From: Terriglobales bacterium
GTDB lineage: Bacteria > Acidobacteriota > Terriglobia > Terriglobales > Acidobacteriaceae
DNA length: 64,000 nt
NCBI GenBank assembly: GCA_035631655.1
Contig: DASQIH010000127.1
Location: forward strand, 6,789 to 70,788
Direction of reading: 5' to 3'
Shown: positions 30,542 through 38,663 of the stretch, in pieces
How the letters are laid out: every line of letters begins with the position of its first letter
Numbering within the stretch: the stretch's first letter is position 1
Position numbers and translations under genes: made by a program
Notes under the pieces: generated by a model
What the model was told of the DNA's origin: nothing
Database searches by the model: none
What the model saw: the letters and a program-made list of their open reading frames with translations, nothing else

Positions 30542-30678
30542 TGCGTCCTCCTGAAGAACTGATAACAAACTATTATTTCGCGCAGCGAGGCAGCCTGCCG
30601 TGATTGGAGTCACAAAGAGCCAGCAGTACGGCCCCAGACCAAATCTGTTAAAAATGGCGATGAGGCAAGGTACGACTT

Positions 30679-31827
30679 ATGGCTCACCTTTTTGATCCAC
30701 TCCCGATTCGCGATGTGGTGTTGGCCAATCGGATCGTAGTTTCCCCTATGTGCCAGTACTCCAGCGCGGATGGCTTCGCCAATGAATGGCACTTCGTTCA
30801 CCTGGCCAGCCGAGCCGTGGGCGGCGCCGGCCTGGTGTTCACCGAAGCCAGCGCTGTATTGCCGGAAGCGCGCATCAGCCCGCAGGATCTGGGAATCTGG
30901 AGCGACGATCACATCGAGCTGTTGGCCCGTATGGTGCGCTTTATTCACGATCAAGGCAGCGTTGCCGGCATGCAATTAGCCCACGCCGGCCGAAAAGCCA
31001 GTACTCGCCGGCCGTGGGCAGGTTCCGGTACCGTTCCCGAAAACGAGGGTGGTTGGAAGAAAGTTGTTGCTCCCAGCCCCATACCGTTTGCCGAGCGATA
31101 TTCGATGCCGCAGGCACTCTCGACGGAAGGCATTCAAGAGATCGTGGATGCTTTCGCGCAAGCCGCTGGTCGCGCCAGCCAGGCCGGCTTTCGTGTCATC
31201 GAGATCCACGCCGCTCATGGATATCTCATCCACGAATTTCTTTCACCGCTCAGCAACCGCCGAGATGATCGCTACGGCGGCTCGTTCGAGAACCGCACCC
31301 GCATTCTGCGCGAGATTGTCTCTGCGGTACGCTCCGTCTGGCCAGCAAGGGCTCCTCTGTTCGTCCGGATCTCGGCCACAGACTGGGTGGAGGGTGGCTG
31401 GGATATCGAACAGTCCATCGAACTCGCTCGCCAGCTCAAGCCGCTCGGCGTGGACCTGATTGATTGCTCCTCAGGGGGAAATGTGCCACACGCCAAAATT
31501 CCCATGGGTCCCGGTTATCAGACGCCCTTTGCCGAGCGAATTCGGCGGGAAGCGGGGATTTCCGCCGGTGCGGTGGGAATGATCACAGCGCCGGTGCAGG
31601 CCGATCACATCATCGGAACCGGCCAGGCGGATGTGGTGATCTTGGCGCGCGAATTTCTGCGCGATCCGTATTGGCCGCTGCGAGCCGCGCGCGAACTAGG
31701 ACGCACGACCGCCTGGCCCGCGCAGTACCTCCGAGCTGCGCCGGAGGGCTCCACCTCGCGCACTCCTGTCAATCTGGCGGAACTGGACGCGGCCTTCGAG
31801 GAGCAGCATGCCGTGCCGGAACGCTGA
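30679..31827 (+). CDS. namA: NADPH dehydrogenase / Old Yellow Enzyme (YqjM-NamA type)
   Basis: NRIVVSPMCQYS, HAGRKAS, EIHAAHGYLIHEFLSPLSN and RISATDW motifs. Confidence 0.85.
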   Translation: MAHLFDPLPIRDVVLANRIVVSPMCQYSSADGFANEWHFVHLASRAVGGAGLVFTEASAVLPEARISPQDLGIWSDDHIELLARMVRFIHDQGSVAGMQLAHAGRKASTRRPWAGSGTVPENEGGWKKVVAPSPIPFAERYSMPQALSTEGIQEIVDAFAQAAGRASQAGFRVIEIHAAHGYLIHEFLSPLSNRRDDRYGGSFENRTRILREIVSAVRSVWPARAPLFVRISATDWVEGGWDIEQSIELARQLKPLGVDLIDCSSGGNVPHAKIPMGPGYQTPFAERIRREAGISAGAVGMITAPVQADHIIGTGQADVVILAREFLRDPYWPLRAARELGRTTAWPAQYLRAAPEGSTSRTPVNLAELDAAFEEQHAVPER

Positions 31828-31895
31828 TTTCCGTTTTTGGGGAAGAAGGGATCAACGGGCGCGAGCCAGGAACTCGTGCCCGGTCTGCAGAAACT

Positions 31896-32252
31896 TTACG
31901 CGGCTACGCCTTTACGAAAAGACTTCACTGCCTCTTCCACGGTATCAAACACTTCAAAGACCGTGAGCAGCTTGGTGACCTGAAGCAAGTCGCCCACCCG
32001 CTGGGTGAGAGCTGCTAACTTGATCGCACCGCCAGCGTTGCGGGCCGTGGTATAAAGCGCCACCAGCGTTCCCAGCCCGCCGCTATCGATGTAATTCACT
32101 CCGCCCAGGTTAAGCACGATGTGGTTGTTCTGCGAGATCAGGTTCTTGACGCTGTCGCGCAAGCTGGCCGATTCCTCGCCAAATACAAGGCGGCCTTCGC
32201 AGTCCATCACCATAACTCCGTCCACGGTTCGGGTACTAAGTCTGAGTTGCAC
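31896..32252 (-). CDS. STAS-domain anti-sigma-factor antagonist
   Basis: NLGGVNYIDSGGLGTLVALYTTAR is SpoIIAA-like. GTG 32252 has GGAGG 6 nt upstream and gives a 118-aa protein, so the longer ORF-track start is rejected. Confidence 0.75.
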   Translation of the reverse strand: MQLRLSTRTVDGVMVMDCEGRLVFGEESASLRDSVKNLISQNNHIVLNLGGVNYIDSGGLGTLVALYTTARNAGGAIKLAALTQRVGDLLQVTKLLTVFEVFDTVEEAVKSFRKGVAA

Positions 32253-32403
32253 GGGAAACCTCCTGGCGCCCGGCATTAGCCCGGGACAGCATAAAGGTAG
32301 CGCGGTTGGCGGCATCCCGCAAGGACATAAACACCGCTCAGACGGCTCAATTCGCGGATTCGGCGGCCCTCCGAGCATCACGTATAATCAGATTTCACCT
32401 GCC

Positions 32404-34173
32404 ATGAGTTACCAGGTTCTCGCGCGTAAGTACCGGCCCCAGAAGTTCTCCGAGGTCATCGGGCAGGAGCATGTCACCCAGACCTTAAAGAACGCCATTG
32501 AGCAAGGCCGCACCGCCCACGGATATATCTTCAGCGGACATAGGGGGATCGGCAAAACCACGGTGGCGCGCATCCTGGCTATGTCCCTGAACTGCCGATC
32601 CACGGACCACCCGGTATCTGAACCCTGTGGCGTGTGCGAGTCCTGTACCGAGATTCGTGCCGGGAACGCCGTGGACGTAATTGAGATCGACGCCGCCACG
32701 AATCGCGGTATCGACGAAATTCGCGAACTGCGCGAGGCAGCCCGCTACCGGCCCGCCCGCGATCGTTTCAAGATCTATATCCTCGACGAAGCCCACCAGA
32801 TCACCGACGCCGCCTTCAATGCGCTGCTGAAGACACTGGAGGAACCGCCTGGCCACGTAGTTTTCATGTTGGCGACAACCCAGCCGGAGGACATCCCACA
32901 AACGATTCGCTCGCGTTGCCAACATTTCAGCTTTCGGGCTGTGCGTTTTGAGCAGATCCTGCAGCAGCTCAAGGATATTGCGGTAAAAGAGAAGATCACA
33001 GCGGATGACGACGCTCTAGCTTTGCTCGCCGAGGCCGGAGACGGCTCCATGCGGGACGCGCTTTCCATCATGGATCAGGCGATCGCATCCTGCGAAGGTC
33101 GTCTGACGGCTGAGTCCGTTCGCCAACTGGTGGGGGCCGCGCCCTCAGGCGTGCTCGAAGAAGTCATGCAAGGGGTCTCACGTGGTTCCGGTGAAGATAT
33201 TCTGCGTCTTGTCGACAAGCTCATGAGTGAAGGCCAGAACCCGACCCATTTCGCGCGCCAGATGGTCCGCTTTCTGCGCAATGCATTAGTAGCGAAGGTT
33301 GCGGGGGTAGAGTCGTCGCTGCTGCAGATTTCCAGTGACGAGCGCACCCGTGTGGCCCGGGTTGCGGAGTTATTCGGTGAAGAGGATTTGGCTCGTCACC
33401 TGCAAATCATGCTGCGTACGCACAGTGAACTCGGATACAAGCAGGAGCAGCGATTCCATCTGGAATTGGGCCTGCTGAAGATGGCCCATGCCCAGCGACT
33501 GCTTCCGATCGAGCAATTGCTGAGCGAAGCTGGAGTGCAACCGGCTCCCCGGACCGCGGCCTCTCCGTCCGGCGCCCGTCCGATCACCGACAGAGGTCGC
33601 AGCGGCGCAGAATCATCGAGGGCACGCTCAGGCCAGGTCTCGCCCTTTGCCGCCGATTCCGCGCGCAAGGGTAGCTCCAAGCCGGAATTATCAGCCGATT
33701 CCGCTGGCCCGCAGTTGGTGCCGGGCGTGGTAATGGGCGCGGCTGCCCCGGCTACGGCTCCGGTGAGAGAACAGTTTGCCAACGAGGCAGATCCGGAAGG
33801 GGCTCCCGACCTGCGCAGCGCCGTGCTCAACGCACTCGCTGATCACCGGATGCTGGTCGCCATGCTGGAAACCGGCGAGTGGAAGGTGGAAGGCAACGAG
33901 TTGGTCATCAAGGTTGCCGAATCGGCAACAGTAATTGACATGTCCTTGGGCGCGGATGCCCGGCGCTTAGCTATTGCGGCCGCCAGCGGTTCGTTAGGAA
34001 GGGCCATAAAACTGAAAGTAGTTCCGGGTGGAGCGTCGCGGACGCCACCGCCCCGCGAGGCATCCAACGGCAGCGCACGAGCGCGCGCTGAGCAGGATCC
34101 AATCGTCCGGCGCATGAAAGAAAAATTTGGCGCAGAAATCAGGACAATCATCGATTATCGCGAGAAGAGGTAG
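32404..34173 (+). CDS. dnaX: DNA polymerase III subunit gamma/tau
   Basis: MSYQVLARKYRPQKFSEVIGQEHV, GHRGIGKTT, the zinc module CGVCESC and the YILDEAH and SRCQHF motifs. Confidence 0.9.
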   Translation: MSYQVLARKYRPQKFSEVIGQEHVTQTLKNAIEQGRTAHGYIFSGHRGIGKTTVARILAMSLNCRSTDHPVSEPCGVCESCTEIRAGNAVDVIEIDAATNRGIDEIRELREAARYRPARDRFKIYILDEAHQITDAAFNALLKTLEEPPGHVVFMLATTQPEDIPQTIRSRCQHFSFRAVRFEQILQQLKDIAVKEKITADDDALALLAEAGDGSMRDALSIMDQAIASCEGRLTAESVRQLVGAAPSGVLEEVMQGVSRGSGEDILRLVDKLMSEGQNPTHFARQMVRFLRNALVAKVAGVESSLLQISSDERTRVARVAELFGEEDLARHLQIMLRTHSELGYKQEQRFHLELGLLKMAHAQRLLPIEQLLSEAGVQPAPRTAASPSGARPITDRGRSGAESSRARSGQVSPFAADSARKGSSKPELSADSAGPQLVPGVVMGAAAPATAPVREQFANEADPEGAPDLRSAVLNALADHRMLVAMLETGEWKVEGNELVIKVAESATVIDMSLGADARRLAIAAASGSLGRAIKLKVVPGGASRTPPPREASNGSARARAEQDPIVRRMKEKFGAEIRTIIDYREKR

Positions 34174-34206
34174 AAAAAAGTTGGTTTCAAAGTTCCGAGG
34201 TCTTCC

Positions 34207-34512
34207 ATGGGTGGCTTCAACCTTCAAGAAATGCTGTCCCAGGCACGCAAGCAGTACGACGTGCTCCAAAAGAAAATGCAGGAGACCGTGGTCGAAGCCT
34301 CCGCCGGGGGCGGCAGCGTCACGGTGAAGATGGACGGCCGGAAGCAGCTTTTAACTATTAAGATCGACCCCGAGGTGGTGAAAGCTGGCGATCTGGAAAT
34401 GCTCCAGGACTTGATCATCGCCGCCGTCAACGAGGCAGCCCGGAAGATCGACGAGGCCGTGCAGTCCACCGTAGGCGGAATGCTCGGCGGCATGGGAATC
34501 CCGGGATTGTAA
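34207..34512 (+). CDS. ybaB: nucleoid-associated protein YbaB/EbfC
   Basis: 101 aa with ...ASAGGGSVTVKMDGRKQLLTIKIDPEVV...DLIIAAVNEA. It occupies the canonical position between dnaX and recR. Confidence 0.9.
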   Translation: MGGFNLQEMLSQARKQYDVLQKKMQETVVEASAGGGSVTVKMDGRKQLLTIKIDPEVVKAGDLEMLQDLIIAAVNEAARKIDEAVQSTVGGMLGGMGIPGL

Positions 34513-34520
34513 GTAACGTT

Positions 34521-34592
34521 TGTCATCCTGAGCGAAGCGAAGAATCTCTGCATTTTTGCGTTCGCAGCTCCTCCGAGTTTGCACAGGACGAG
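34521..34592 (+). repeat. repeat family A copy (core 34521-34555, degenerate inverted arm to ~34592)
   Basis: TGTCATCCTGAGCGAAGCGAAGAATCTCTGCATT followed by a degenerate complement (...CACAGGACGA). Confidence 0.7.
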
Positions 34593-34603
34593 ATCAGATT
34601 GAT

Positions 34604-35203
34604 ATGAACCGTTTCGCCGAGCCGATGACCCGGCTCATCGATGAACTGAAAAAGTTGCCTGGAATCGGGAGCAAGAGCGCGCAGCGCCTAGCGTTCCACA
34701 TTCTGCGCTCCAGCGATGCCGACGCCGAAGCGCTAGCGGAAGCCGTGCGGGACGTCAAGGCGAAGCTCCGCCTCTGCTCGATCTGCAACAACATCACCGA
34801 CGTTGATCCCTGCACCTATTGCAGCAGTCCCACCCGCAATCAGCGCCTGGTCTGCGTAGTGGAGGAACCGACCAACATCGCAGCCATCGAGAAGACACGG
34901 CATTTCAACGGCGCCTACCACGTTTTACACGGATCCATCTCTCCGCTGCACGGCGTGGGGCCGGAGCAGCTACGCATTGCCAACCTGATCCGCCGAGTAG
35001 AGTCTGGCCAAGTCGACGAAATCATTATTGCCACTAATCCCACGGTCGAAGGCGAGGCCACGGCGGTCTACCTCTCTGGCCAACTCAAGCGTCCTGGCCT
35101 GAAGGTGACGCGTATTGCCATGGGTATCCCGGTCGGCAGCGACATCGAGTACGCCGACGAAATCACGATGCTCAAGGCCATGGAAGGCCGCCGTGAGCTG
35201 TAG
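34604..35203 (+). CDS. recR: recombination protein RecR
   Basis: [33 protein letters not shown]4 zinc finger [16 protein letters not shown] and a Toprim region. Confidence 0.9.
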   Translation: MNRFAEPMTRLIDELKKLPGIGSKSAQRLAFHILRSSDADAEALAEAVRDVKAKLRLCSICNNITDVDPCTYCSSPTRNQRLVCVVEEPTNIAAIEKTRHFNGAYHVLHGSISPLHGVGPEQLRIANLIRRVESGQVDEIIIATNPTVEGEATAVYLSGQLKRPGLKVTRIAMGIPVGSDIEYADEITMLKAMEGRREL

Positions 35204-35344
35204 CCTTTCGTAGCTCCTGTTCTTGGACCGGAAGTGTCATTACATCCTCCAAGTTGTGCAAAACTTTGATCAGTTCTGAGGAAATCGAACTTCGTGTCCC
35301 CACCCTTAATTTTGAGTGTTCAAATAACTATTATGATTTCAGTA

Positions 35345-35591
35345 GCTTGCCGAGATTGATGCAGACACTCCGACAAGGCTCCCGCTTGGCACTGATTTTG
35401 CTCTAGCAGGACCCGTCTGCTTCCTCGCTGCTCTTGGATTTGAGAGCTGACGCGAGGAGGTGCACATCCGGAACCGGACCGGTCCCAACCAGGACCTGGT
35501 GCACCCTTCGGCGCCAGCTTGCGCCGCGTGAAATGTAACCGCATCTCATCTCGACGCTAAGACAACCGGGCTAACCCGCCCGGTTTTCTTT
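35345..35591 (+). ncRNA. candidate structured RNA (sRNA or cis-regulatory leader of dapBAD), class unknown
   Basis: No credible ORF. Upstream there is TTAATT-17nt-TATTAT (35306-35334). A long-range helix 35351-35362/35541-35553 encloses nested hairpins. The region ends in an intrinsic terminator at 35563-35591. Confidence 0.3.
35563..35591 (+). terminator. intrinsic terminator
   Basis: AACCGGGC-TAACCC-GCCCGGTT, a perfect 8-bp stem, followed by TTCTTTT. Confidence 0.55.
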
Positions 35592-35658
35592 TGCCCCAAC
35601 GCCAACCATCGTCCGCTTGTCCTACACTTGCGTTGCATATATGGTTGCACTCTAGCTT

Positions 35659-35690
35659 TCTCGGCGCTCTCGGCGTGCTCGGCGGTGAAT
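35659..35690 (+). repeat. repeat family C (three CTCGGCG units, 9-nt period, then GTGAAT)
   Basis: TCTCGGCGCTCTCGGCGTGCTCGGCGGTGAAT, ending 10 nt before the dapB ATG. It is near-identical to 63436-63467. Confidence 0.7.
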
Positions 35691-35700
35691 TGCTTTTGCT

Positions 35701-36381
35701 ATGAACCTCCTCCTGCTTGGCCACGGCAAAACCGGCTCCCTGGTCGCGGAAGTTGCACGCCAGCGTAAACACGAAGTCCGTGTTCTATGCACTCCAGAAA
35801 ATCCCCACGCGTCAGCGCTCACCCCCGACAATTTGCGTAACACAGATGTGGTGATCGACTTCACCACTCCGCACGCCGTCTTGGAAAACATTCGGGCATG
35901 CGTTCAGGCAGCAAAGAACATGGTCGTCGGAACCACAGGCTGGTACGGCGAACTGCCCAACATCCGCGAGGCCGTGGAAAGGGGCGGAAGCGGCTTCCTC
36001 TTCGGCGCAAATTTTTCAATTGGCGTCAACCTGTTCTTTGACGTCGCCCGCGCTTCTGCCACCGCCCTCCAGCACGGTTACTACGGCCAAATCTTCGAGC
36101 GTCATCACGTCCACAAGAAAGACGCGCCCTCTGGCACTGCAGTGGCCATTCAGAAGGAAGTCCAACAGGCAAGCGGCTCCGAACTGGAAATCATCTCTTT
36201 CCGGGAGGGTGATGTGGTCGGCATGCACGAGCTCGTCTATGACTCTCCTAATGACAGTATTTATCTGTGTCACGACGCCAAGTCCCGCCGCGGCTTCGCC
36301 GAAGGGGCCGTTCGTGCCGCCGAATGGCTTGCCGGTAAGAAGGGCTTCTACGATTTCAAGGACATCTGGCGCCAGCTGTAA
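35701..36381 (+). CDS. dapB: 4-hydroxy-tetrahydrodipicolinate reductase
   Basis: ERHHVHKKDAPSGTA signature, VVGTTGW and FGANFSIGVNLF. Confidence 0.85.
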   Translation: MNLLLLGHGKTGSLVAEVARQRKHEVRVLCTPENPHASALTPDNLRNTDVVIDFTTPHAVLENIRACVQAAKNMVVGTTGWYGELPNIREAVERGGSGFLFGANFSIGVNLFFDVARASATALQHGYYGQIFERHHVHKKDAPSGTAVAIQKEVQQASGSELEIISFREGDVVGMHELVYDSPNDSIYLCHDAKSRRGFAEGAVRAAEWLAGKKGFYDFKDIWRQL

Positions 36382-36394
36382 TTTAATTTAGAAT

Positions 36395-36428
36395 TGTCAT
36401 CCTGAGCGAAGCGAAGGATCTCTGCATT
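36395..36428 (+). repeat. repeat family A half copy
   Basis: TGTCATCCTGAGCGAAGCGAAGGATCTCTGCATT in the dapB-dapA spacer. Confidence 0.7.
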
Positions 36429-36516
36429 ACCGGGCTATTACTCTCACATCGCAGCACGCCCCAATTTCCCATCTCTGTTGTGTACAATACCGCCGTTCGC
36501 GCTATTCTCTCTTTTT

Positions 36517-37647
36517 ATGAAATTACAAGGATGTGGAACCGCGCTCGTCACTCCTTTTAAGGCCGACAGTTCGGTCGATGAAGAAGCGTTGCGAGCTCTC
36601 GTGGCCTGGCAGGTGGAATCGGGCATCGACTTCCTGGTTCCCTGCGGTACCACGGGCGAGACACCGACCCTCTCGCATGACGAATGGCTTCGCGTCATCG
36701 ATCTGACGATTGAAGTGGCTGCGGGCCGCGTGCCCATTGTTGCCGGCGCGACTTCCAATTCCACTCACGATGCGGTTGAAAAAGCCAAGGAAGTCGCAGC
36801 CCGTCCGGGCGTGGACGCCATCCTGACCGCATCCCCCTACTACAACAAGCCCACGCAGGAAGGCCAGTACCGTCACTTCAAATCCATTGCCGAGGCCGTG
36901 GACAAGCCCCTGATCCTGTACAACGTCCCTGGGCGCACCGGCGCGAACATTGAACCGGCAACACTTGCCCGATTGGCGGAAGTGCCAAACATCATTGGCG
37001 TGAAAGAAGCCAGCGGCAACATGTCGCAGATCGCGGAAGTCTGCAATGCGGTTCCCGAGAGCTTTCTGGTGTTCTCCGGCGACGATGCTGTGACCCTGCC
37101 GGTCATCGCCGTAGGCGGTGTGGGCATTATTTCTGTAGCGTCGAACGAAATTCCCCGCGAGATGGCTGAAATGACGCGCGCCGCACTCAACAACGACTGG
37201 GACACGGCTCGCCGTCTGCACCGCAAGTATCTCCCGCTCATGCAGGCCAACTTCATCGAGTCCAATCCGTTGCCGGTGAAAGCGGTGCTGTCGATGATGG
37301 GTAAGATCCAAGAGATCTATCGTCTTCCCCTGCTGCCGATGAAGCGGGACACGCGCTCGCGCCTGCAGAGAATTGCGACCGAAGTGGGCGTGATCAGCAA
37401 GCCTGCCGCGGCGCCCACTCCCGAAGCCGCTGAATTCTACATTTACGAGAACTGGCACGCCGGCCCACACAAAGCCGTGTTGCATCGCGCCTCTTGCGGC
37501 CAGTGCAATAGCGGCAAAGGACGCCCCGCCGGGCACGATGCCAACCACGCCCGCTGGCACGGTCCCTACCCTACGCTCGCCGAAGCCCGCAACGCCTCGC
37601 AGACCATGGCCGGCGTTCTGATTCGCAGCGAGTGCAAGTGTATCTAG
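36517..37647 (+). CDS. dapA: 4-hydroxy-tetrahydrodipicolinate synthase with ~80-aa C-terminal 4-Cys extension
   Basis: GTALVTPF, CGTTGE, YNVPGRTG and the active-site Lys context IIGVKEASG. The DapA fold ends near aa 293. A Pro/Ala linker and an extra domain with CGQC...CKC follow. Confidence 0.85.
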   Translation: MKLQGCGTALVTPFKADSSVDEEALRALVAWQVESGIDFLVPCGTTGETPTLSHDEWLRVIDLTIEVAAGRVPIVAGATSNSTHDAVEKAKEVAARPGVDAILTASPYYNKPTQEGQYRHFKSIAEAVDKPLILYNVPGRTGANIEPATLARLAEVPNIIGVKEASGNMSQIAEVCNAVPESFLVFSGDDAVTLPVIAVGGVGIISVASNEIPREMAEMTRAALNNDWDTARRLHRKYLPLMQANFIESNPLPVKAVLSMMGKIQEIYRLPLLPMKRDTRSRLQRIATEVGVISKPAAAPTPEAAEFYIYENWHAGPHKAVLHRASCGQCNSGKGRPAGHDANHARWHGPYPTLAEARNASQTMAGVLIRSECKCI

Positions 37648-37654
37648 AGATTTT

Positions 37655-37717
37655 CAATTGCCAATTGCCAAATCAGAAAAACCAAAATTGGCAATTGGAA
37701 ATTGGCAATCGACAATT
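37655..37717. repeat. period-7 tandem array D1 (nine heptamers, self-complementary arms)
   Basis: CAATTGC CAATTGC CAAATCA GAAAAAC CAAAATT GGCAATT GGAAATT GGCAATC GACAATT, between the dapA stop and the dapD start. Confidence 0.75.
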
Positions 37718-37735
37718 CCTTTATACTTCCCTTCC

Positions 37736-38569
37736 ATGCGGTCGTTGCAAGCTTCTATTGAGCGTCTCGCTTCGCTGGGTGAGGTTGAGCGTGATCCCGA
37801 AGCGCGCAAGGTCTTTCTCGAATTTCGGGATGCCCTGACGCAGGGGAAAATCCGCGCCGCCGAAAAATCTGGCGAGCATTGGAAGGTGAATGCCTGGGTA
37901 AAACAAGGCATCCTGCTGGGATTCCGCCTTGGCGAACTCAGCGAGATGGGGGATGGCCCCGGGCTTTCCTTTGTTGACAAGGACACCTTCCCAGCTCGGC
38001 ACTTCAGCGTCGCTGACCGGGTGCGCGTGGTCCCTGGCGGCTCTTCTGTGCGTTTGGGCGCCTACGTTGCTCCCTCCGTGATCTGCATGCCGCCCATGTT
38101 CATCAACGTGGGCGCATACGTTGACGAAGGCACGATGATCGATTCCCATGCGCTGGTCGGTTCGTGCGCCCAGGTCGGCAAACGCGTTCACCTGAGCGCA
38201 GGAGCGCAGGTGGGCGGAGTGCTGGAACCGATCAACGCCGCGCCCGTCGTGATTGAAGATGATGTCCTGGTCGGCGGAAACTGCGGCATTTACGAAGGAA
38301 CGCTGGTCCGGGCACGCGCCGTGCTGGGAGCCGGCACCATTCTCACGCGCTCGACGCCGCTTTACGATACAGCGCGCGGGCAGGTCTATCGCGCCACTCC
38401 GGAAGCGCCGCTCGAGGTGCCCGAAAACGCAGTAGTCGTTCCGGGGGCACGTGCTGTTTCCAAGGGCAAAGCTGCCGAATGGAACCTGTCCCTGTACACG
38501 CCGGTTATCGTGAAGTATCGCGACGAGAAAACGGACCGCGGGGTTGTGCTGGAAGATTTTCTGCGTTAA
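37736..38569 (+). CDS. dapD: 2,3,4,5-tetrahydropyridine-2,6-dicarboxylate N-succinyltransferase
   Basis: WKVNAWVKQGILLGFR, INVGAYVDEGTMIDSHALVGSCAQVGK.VHLSAGAQVGGVLEP and a C-terminal VIVKYRDEKT. These align with my memory of E. coli DapD. Start moved to ATG 37736. Confidence 0.9.
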   Translation: MRSLQASIERLASLGEVERDPEARKVFLEFRDALTQGKIRAAEKSGEHWKVNAWVKQGILLGFRLGELSEMGDGPGLSFVDKDTFPARHFSVADRVRVVPGGSSVRLGAYVAPSVICMPPMFINVGAYVDEGTMIDSHALVGSCAQVGKRVHLSAGAQVGGVLEPINAAPVVIEDDVLVGGNCGIYEGTLVRARAVLGAGTILTRSTPLYDTARGQVYRATPEAPLEVPENAVVVPGARAVSKGKAAEWNLSLYTPVIVKYRDEKTDRGVVLEDFLR

Positions 38570-38582
38570 CGCTATCGGGAAT

Positions 38583-38647
38583 AGTGGTCAGTGATCAGTG
38601 GTTAGTGGCCAGTAACACAGAACGGCCGCTGACCACTGGGCACTCAC
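38583..38647. repeat. period-7 tandem array D2 with partial inverted arm
   Basis: AGTGGTC AGTGATC AGTGGTT AGTGGCC AGT (38583-38613), with GCTGACCACTGGGCACTCAC (38628-38647) partly complementary to it. Confidence 0.7.
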
Positions 38648-38663
38648 AGGGCTGCACCCTCGG

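Noticed and set aside
31857-31881. Hairpin GGGCGCGAG-CCAGGAA-CTCGTGCCC between convergent namA and the STAS gene as a terminator.
   Set aside because: One mismatch in the stem and no adjacent T/A tract on either side. It could be a weak bidirectional terminator but I cannot support it.
32404-34173. Programmed ribosomal frameshift site (A AAA AAG type) in dnaX producing a gamma subunit.
   Set aside because: I found no slippery heptamer inside the coding region. The only A-run (~34163-34169) lies at the stop codon and just after it.
35320-35544. 74-aa minus-strand ORF in the recR-dapB gap.
   Set aside because: Arg/Gly/Ser-rich translation, no RBS, and it spans the hairpin-rich segment. It looks non-coding.
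35204-35700. SRP RNA, RNase P RNA, tmRNA or a lysine riboswitch in the recR-dapB gap (SRP RNA often neighbours dnaX-ybaB-recR).
   Set aside because: On neither strand did I find GGAAGCAGCC-type SRP domain IV, GAGGAAAGTCCGGGC of RNase P, a tmRNA 3' end, or the AGAGGYGC...GTCGCCGAAG L-box core. I report it only as an unclassified structured region.
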